Below are positions 58,462 to 64,000 of a stretch of DNA of 64,000 bases, one piece after another (positions within the stretch are counted from its first letter, which is position 1; the number at the start of each line of letters is the position of its first letter). The stretch comes from Myxococcota bacterium. GTDB taxonomy: Bacteria > Myxococcota_A > UBA796 > SXON01. The translations under genes were made by a program, and so were the position numbers. The DNA lies in the NCBI GenBank assembly GCA_040386535.1, contig JAZKFH010000006.1, positions 44,427-108,426 of the forward strand. Reading direction: 5' to 3'. The notes below the pieces were generated by a model that was not told where the DNA came from, ran no database searches, and was given only the letters and a program-made list of their open reading frames with translations.

Positions 58462-60594
58462 TCAATCCACGTCGGCAGGTGCGCTGTCAAGGGGCACCGC
58501 GAGGGTGGCGCCCGCACCGACCGGGGCGGCGTCGGGCGCGGGGGCCGGCGTAGCGACGGGCGTGAGGGGCAGATCGATCACCGCCATGCGGTAGCGGGCG
58601 GGAGCGCGCTCCGGGGGGAGCTCGGCGGGCTGGGAGGTCCACGGGACGAGGTCGCCCACGATGGGGACGCCGAACTCGGGGTTCGCGGGGTCACCCTTGG
58701 CGAGCTCGACGTGCTCCACCGGCGCGACGCCCAGGGCCTCGCCGAGGCGCCGCACGGCCGCGAGGTACAAGGTCGTGCCGCGGGTCGGATCGACCAGGAA
58801 GTAGCCGCGCTCGTGCACGATGAGGCGCGTGTAGCTGCCGGTCTTCGCGAACGCGGCGAGCGCGTCGGTGCCGAGCGCGGACAGGTCGGTGTTCTCGGGA
58901 TCACGCGACATGCCCTGCCACACGTCGGGCACCGGCCCGCTGACCACGTCGGCGCGGGCCCAGAAGCGCAGGCGCTCCCCGATGAGCCCGCCCGCGCCCG
59001 GCCGACGGAGCGCCGGCGGGACCGCGGAGGGCGACGCCCACGACCGGTACACCTTCTGCTTGTGGACGAGCTGGTAGTAGCAGACCAGGTCCTGCTGCTG
59101 ATCGAGCGGCAGCTCCACGATGCCCTCGAGCTTCGTCGGGTCGAACGCCGTGTACGCCTCGGGGATGCGGATGCGGTTGGCCTTGATCGGCGAGCGGAAC
59201 TCGCGGCTGTCGGCGTCGCCCTCGTTCACCGCGCCCTTGCCGAAGCGGTACATCGGCTGGGCCACCGTCGCGAGGAACACGAGCGGCCAGATGTAGGAGC
59301 GGAACGGCAGGCGGGCGAGCCCGATCGCGACAAGCGCCACGCTGGACACGACGACGAACGACGCGAGCCGGTAAGGCGCGAACATGCGCGACATGCCCGG
59401 GATGAACTGGAACATCCACACGAACGGCAGGCGGAGCACGTAGTCGTCGAACAGGCGGGTGACGTTGGTGTTGTCGCCCGCGCCGACACGCAGGAAGGGC
59501 CCGAGCGTGCCGAGGTAGAAGAACAACCAGACCGCGAGCCAGCCCCAGGAGCGGCGGCGCAGGATCGCGGGGAGCACGCCGATGCCGATGACGACGAGCG
59601 GGAGGGCCTCGTTGAGCGTGGGGTCGAACGGGTAGGTGGCGCTCCACGACGAGCCGATCGTGCGGTTGATCGAGGCGTGCACGTTCTCGGCGTAGGTCTG
59701 CGGGCGCATCGGCGCGTGCGAGATCGTGTCGTAGGCCGGGAACGGCAGGAAGAAGGTCATCTCCGGCAGCGCCGAGGCCACGGCGCTCGTCACGTTCGTG
59801 GAGGTGTTCTTCGGCGCGCCGTCCTCCGGCAGTGCGTACGGGAGGATGAACGGCCCCGCCGCGAGCGCCGTCCCGAGCGCCACCCCGGCGCCCGCGCGCG
59901 CCATGCCCCGCCAGTCGAGCCGCGCGCGCTCGACGACCACGTGCTTGACGAACCACACGAGGCTGAAGATGGCGGTGAAGAGGCCGTAGAACCAGTAGAA
60001 CGCGCCCGCGAGGCCCAGGCAGAGGCCCGCGACGACGCCCGCGCCCACCGAGCGCCGGCGGAGCGCACGATCGAGCAGCGGCGGGTACAGCAGCACCCAC
60101 CAGAGCAGCGCCTGCCGCAGCCCGGAGGCCTGGACTTCGAGCAGGCACAGGGGGTTGACCACGGCCACGGCGCACGCGCCGAGCGCGGCGGACACGCTCC
60201 CGGAGAAGTACCGGCCCAGCGCATAGGCGCACAGCCCGTTTCCGGCGAGGAGCAGCAGGATCTTCAGGTTGTAGCTGGCGGGAAAGCCGAAGAGCTGGTC
60301 GAGCGGGTAGGAGAACGCGAGCACGTCGAGGATGTTGCCGGTCTCCGGGTGCCGGCCGAGGCTCACGAAGTCCCGCCACAACGCGAGCGGGCCCAGCCCG
60401 GCGTCGCTGATGCCTTCGAGCGAGCGGAAGTGCCAGTCGTAGCGCCACAACCAGCCGCCGAGCTCGCCGCCGCCGAGCACCACGACGTCGAGGTACTTCA
60501 CCATCGGCCACGTGACCGCGACGGCGGCGCCGACGGACAACAGCGCCGCGAGCAGCAGCCCGGCGGCCTCGCGGGGGCGCCCGTCGAGCCTCAT
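58462..60594 (-). CDS. polytopic membrane protein, GT-C glycosyltransferase-like
   Basis: TWP start, many TM segments, LGPFL, PYR and ELP motifs; paralogous to the next gene. Confidence 0.65.
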   Translation of the reverse strand: MRLDGRPREAAGLLLAALLSVGAAVAVTWPMVKYLDVVVLGGGELGGWLWRYDWHFRSLEGISDAGLGPLALWRDFVSLGRHPETGNILDVLAFSYPLDQLFGFPASYNLKILLLLAGNGLCAYALGRYFSGSVSAALGACAVAVVNPLCLLEVQASGLRQALLWWVLLYPPLLDRALRRRSVGAGVVAGLCLGLAGAFYWFYGLFTAIFSLVWFVKHVVVERARLDWRGMARAGAGVALGTALAAGPFILPYALPEDGAPKNTSTNVTSAVASALPEMTFFLPFPAYDTISHAPMRPQTYAENVHASINRTIGSSWSATYPFDPTLNEALPLVVIGIGVLPAILRRRSWGWLAVWLFFYLGTLGPFLRVGAGDNTNVTRLFDDYVLRLPFVWMFQFIPGMSRMFAPYRLASFVVVSSVALVAIGLARLPFRSYIWPLVFLATVAQPMYRFGKGAVNEGDADSREFRSPIKANRIRIPEAYTAFDPTKLEGIVELPLDQQQDLVCYYQLVHKQKVYRSWASPSAVPPALRRPGAGGLIGERLRFWARADVVSGPVPDVWQGMSRDPENTDLSALGTDALAAFAKTGSYTRLIVHERGYFLVDPTRGTTLYLAAVRRLGEALGVAPVEHVELAKGDPANPEFGVPIVGDLVPWTSQPAELPPERAPARYRMAVIDLPLTPVATPAPAPDAAPVGAGATLAVPLDSAPADVD

Positions 60595-62360
60595 CCGCGG
60601 GGCTCCACGGCGTCGGCTTCCGTGGGGAGCTGCCAGAGGTAGCGGTCGTCGGCGGTGGTCACGGTCTCTGGGCCGAGCGCGGCGCGCAGGAGGATGAGGG
60701 TCTGGTCGCGCCGTTCCGGCGGGTAGAGCGGGGCGTGCATGACCACCCAGCGTACGCCGAGGCGGGCCAGGGCGCGCCCGGCGACCACCAGATCGAGCTC
60801 GCCGACCATCGGCGGCAGGTGATCCAGGCGTCCGGCCTCCGCGACGAGCAGCGCGCGGGCGAGGTGGGAGCGGTCGAGCACGCCGGGCAGCGGCTCGTTG
60901 AGCGCGTAGGGGCTCGGGCGGCCATGCCCGGTCTGCCAGTACAGGTACACGGCGCGTTCGAGGTTCGGCACCGAGATGGGGAGGTCGAGGACGGCGCCGG
61001 GCTCCGGATCGGCCGCGAGGATGGCGACGCTGTCGGGCAGGCGGGCGTCGGAGCGCGGGAGGGGCCAGGGCGCGGGGGAGACGAGGAGGGCCTCGGCGGC
61101 GACGAGGGCGAGGACGGCGAGGCGGACGGCGTGGGCGCGGTTGGCGCCGGCCCGCTGAACGAGCGCGCCGATGCCGACGCTGGCGAGCACGCCGAGGCCG
61201 AGCGTGACGGCCATGACGAAGCGGAAGGGGTGCGAGATGCGCCCGAACAGCGGCAGGACCTCGAACAGCGCGAGGAACGGCATCGGCAGGCGGCGATCGG
61301 TCACGGTGACGTAGGCGCCGTTCACGTACAGGTACGGCCCGAGCATCAAGAGCGCGAACACGCCGATCCACACGACCCACGGCAGCCGATCGCGCCAGCG
61401 CCGCATGCGGACGAGCCCCACGCCGGCGAGCACGAGCAGCGCCCAGCCGAGGTAGGTCACGATGAGCAGCTCCTCGCCGTGGAGCGCCTTCAGATCGGGG
61501 CTGTAGACCTTGCCGGGCACGAACGAGCTCACGACGTCCGTGATGTTGTGCGTGACGAGCGAGGTCCACACGAACTCGGGGTCACGCTGGACGATCGCGT
61601 CCGGCCCGTCGAGCGTGGACGCGAACCCGGCGAGCACCGGCGCGACGGCCGCCGCGGACACGATCGCGGCCAGGGCCAGCGTCTTGGGGAGCGCCGCCCA
61701 CCGGATGCGCTCCCGCCGCGTGGCGGCGAGCACCACGAGCAGGATCGCGCTGCCGACGATCGCAAAGAGGCCGTAGTACCAGTTGGCGAGGGTGCAGAGC
61801 GCCATCGCGCCGGCCGCGAGCAGCGCGTTGGTGATCGTGGGGCGCAGGAGCAGGCGCAGCACCCCGAGCGTGGCGAGGGGGAGCCCGAACGCGAAGAGGG
61901 TCTCCGTGATGCCGTTGTAGGCCTGGGCCACGAGGTGTGGCGCGGTGGCGTAGGCCACGGCGGCCACGAGCGCGTCGCGGTCGGCGTCGGGGCCGGCCCC
62001 GAAGAGCTCGGCGCGCACGTGTCGCGCGAGCGCCCACGCGGCCATGCCCGCGGCCCAGAAGCTGCCCATCACGACCACGTTCATCGCGGCGACCGGCCCC
62101 GCGAGCCACTGGAGCGGCAGCGTCAGCACGGCGCCGAAGCTGTCGATGAAGAACAGGCGGCTGGACTGCGGGAAGTGCTGCAGATCGGTGCGCAGCGGCA
62201 GGCGCCCGTGCGCGAGCTCGTCGGCCACCCACCAGTAGCCCCAGATGTGGTTCCAGACGTCGTTGCCCGGATGGCCCGAGATCGATCCGCCCGGATCGAG
62301 GGCGAGCGGCCACGTGACCACCACGGCGACGAGGGCGGTGACGACCAGGGCGATGCGCAC
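60591..62360 (-). CDS. polytopic membrane protein, GT-C glycosyltransferase-like
   Basis: TWP, DVWNHIWGYWW, NWYYG, HPFRF and VLDLP...LYWQT.H. Confidence 0.7.
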   Translation of the reverse strand: MRIALVVTALVAVVVTWPLALDPGGSISGHPGNDVWNHIWGYWWVADELAHGRLPLRTDLQHFPQSSRLFFIDSFGAVLTLPLQWLAGPVAAMNVVVMGSFWAAGMAAWALARHVRAELFGAGPDADRDALVAAVAYATAPHLVAQAYNGITETLFAFGLPLATLGVLRLLLRPTITNALLAAGAMALCTLANWYYGLFAIVGSAILLVVLAATRRERIRWAALPKTLALAAIVSAAAVAPVLAGFASTLDGPDAIVQRDPEFVWTSLVTHNITDVVSSFVPGKVYSPDLKALHGEELLIVTYLGWALLVLAGVGLVRMRRWRDRLPWVVWIGVFALLMLGPYLYVNGAYVTVTDRRLPMPFLALFEVLPLFGRISHPFRFVMAVTLGLGVLASVGIGALVQRAGANRAHAVRLAVLALVAAEALLVSPAPWPLPRSDARLPDSVAILAADPEPGAVLDLPISVPNLERAVYLYWQTGHGRPSPYALNEPLPGVLDRSHLARALLVAEAGRLDHLPPMVGELDLVVAGRALARLGVRWVVMHAPLYPPERRDQTLILLRAALGPETVTTADDRYLWQLPTEADAVEPRG

Positions 62361-62392
62361 GCGCGGAGGGTAGCAGAGCGCGTGCGGGTATA

Positions 62393-63445
62393 GTGCGCCC
62401 CATGTTGGCGCTCCTCGTCCTGCTCCTCGCCTGCGCGCCGGAGCCCATGCCGCTGCCCGCGGAGACCGCGGCCGCGCTCGACCGCTCCGCGCAGCCGCCG
62501 CTCTACCGGAAGCTCTACGACTACGCGTTCCTGCCCCACGTGCAGGAGCGCGAGCAGCGCGTGCGCCTGTTGATCTGGCTCCAACACATGGCGTTCAACC
62601 GCTACCAGCTCGGCCTGCTCTCCGAGCTCGCGGCGCGGACCGAGCGCGAGCGCCAGGACGTCGAGCGCATCGCGCGCGAGATCGTGGACGAGCACGAGCC
62701 CGCCGTCGCCGCCGTGTATGACGAGATCTGGGACGGCCTGCTCGCCAACGCCACCGACGACCAGCTCGCGGCCATCGGCGAGAAGCTCGACGCCACCCGC
62801 CTGCGCGAGGCCGACCTGCTCGACCTGCGCGCGCGCTCCGTGCGCACCCTGCTCGACGCCCAGCAGCCCTTCCTGCGCACGCTCACACCCACGCAGGAGG
62901 CCCTGTTCGCCGACGCCACCTTCCTGTTGCGCCACCGCCTCGATCCGTACGCGAACCCGGGCGACTTCCGCGCCCTCGTCGGCACGATCTACTACGCGGG
63001 CGACTTCGGCATGTTGAGCAAGCCCACGTTCAACCCCGACGAGGACCACCTCAACATCGGCGGCCTCTGGTCCGAGGAGCCCGCCGAGCTCGCCGGCGCC
63101 CACTTCCCCAACGCACGCCGCGAGGTGGTCCTCTACATGGTGCTCCTCGAGCCCGCGCTCCCCACCGCGCTCGAAGCCGCTACGCGCCTGCGCGCTACCT
63201 CCGGCGCCGCCGAGCCGGGCGCACCCGGCGCTCCCGTGGGTGCGGGCGTCGGCGCGGTGCCGATGCCGTCGGGCATTCCCGGCGAGCCCACCCCGGCGCC
63301 TCCCGGCACGCCCATGCCGGGCCAGCCCGCCTCGCCCGCGCCGGGTGATCCGACCGCGCCCCCACCCGCGCCGCCGGGCCAGCAGAAGCCCGGGGTGCCG
63401 AGCCAGCCGCCGCCGGGGAAGGCGTCGGAGCCGATGCCGCGGTGA
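62393..63445 (+). CDS. lipoprotein with Pro/Gly-rich C-terminus
   Basis: LLLAC lipobox, helical body, PG-rich tail. Confidence 0.75.
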   Translation: MRPMLALLVLLLACAPEPMPLPAETAAALDRSAQPPLYRKLYDYAFLPHVQEREQRVRLLIWLQHMAFNRYQLGLLSELAARTERERQDVERIAREIVDEHEPAVAAVYDEIWDGLLANATDDQLAAIGEKLDATRLREADLLDLRARSVRTLLDAQQPFLRTLTPTQEALFADATFLLRHRLDPYANPGDFRALVGTIYYAGDFGMLSKPTFNPDEDHLNIGGLWSEEPAELAGAHFPNARREVVLYMVLLEPALPTALEAATRLRATSGAAEPGAPGAPVGAGVGAVPMPSGIPGEPTPAPPGTPMPGQPASPAPGDPTAPPPAPPGQQKPGVPSQPPPGKASEPMPR

Positions 63446-63479
63446 TTCTTGGGGGTGCGCTTGGCGCGGAGGTGGGGCT

Positions 63480-63620
63480 TTGGGCGCCCCGACGCCGGGC
63501 GCCGGCGTCGGTGGGGCTCCTCCGGGCGCGGCGCGGCGCGCCTTGGCTGGCGGGGCCCGCGCGCGGGCCGGCCGAGCCGCCGCCCCCGAGCGGGCGGCGC
63601 CCTGCGGCGCGCCTGGCGCG
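63480..63620 (+). repeat. dispersed GC-rich intergenic repeat (degenerate copy)
   Basis: Similar layout to the other copies, just after a stop codon. Confidence 0.4.
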
Positions 63621-64000
63621 GGCGTGTTGGTCGTGTGGGGGACCACTGGGGATCGCCAGGGCTCGCTAGGGATCGCTCCCGGAGGGCGAGCGCGGCAGGG
63701 AGGTCGAATGCTCGGGTCGGGATCGGGTGTCGAGGGCCACCCCAAGCGACGCCCCCGGGCCAAGATCTGGGGACCACCCCGCCGAGGTGGCCGCCGGCCA
63801 CGAACCAGGGACCACCCCGGCGGGAAGTAGGGACCACCGGGAGGTCTCCGTTGGGCGTCGCGGGGGCGACAGGCGCAACGCGGGGTCGAACGCGGCGATC
63901 GCGCGGAACCTCTCGGTCATGTCGAGTGTGACGCAACGGGGCAGTTCGGCGCGCGCCGCGCGCCGAACGCGGGGGATGGCCGCTCATCCGGGCAGTTCGG

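Noticed and set aside
63630..64000. Repeated GGGACCAC motifs at the window end
   Set aside because: Short, irregularly spaced and truncated by the window edge, so no call can be supported.

Overview
This is a very GC-rich bacterial window, most likely from a Myxococcota-type deltaproteobacterium (MYXO-CTERM-like tails, Cys/Asp-rich repeats, many lipoproteins, a Myxococcus-type parS). It holds five main blocks. (1) A cobalamin riboswitch heading a seven-gene uptake operon: TonB-dependent receptor with a probable CTG start, three lipoproteins, a lipoprotein fused to an ECF S-component-like domain, a double ECF ATPase and EcfT. A parS site and a dense YGATACA motif cluster are embedded in the ATPase gene. 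(2) A lower-GC accessory patch with a SUKH/ankyrin immunity-like gene, a WD40 lipoprotein and a frameshifted gene. (3) A lipoate/2-oxoacid dehydrogenase region (lipA, E2, lpdA, lipB) whose E1 alpha and beta genes are intact but lack catalytic motifs. (4) A full-length IIC-like group II intron inserted into one copy of a dispersed intergenic repeat. (5) A 4-hydroxybenzoyl-CoA-reductase-like molybdoenzyme, a stand-alone EF-G followed by a RecA-like/SLOG fusion, an ABC-ATPase plus TOPRIM-like pair (defence candidate), and envelope genes. Intergenic DNA carries several unrelated hairpin repeat arrays with periods near 31, 41, 51-52 and 63 bp. I saw no CRISPR array, tRNA or rRNA. All family assignments come from motif recognition by eye, not database searches.
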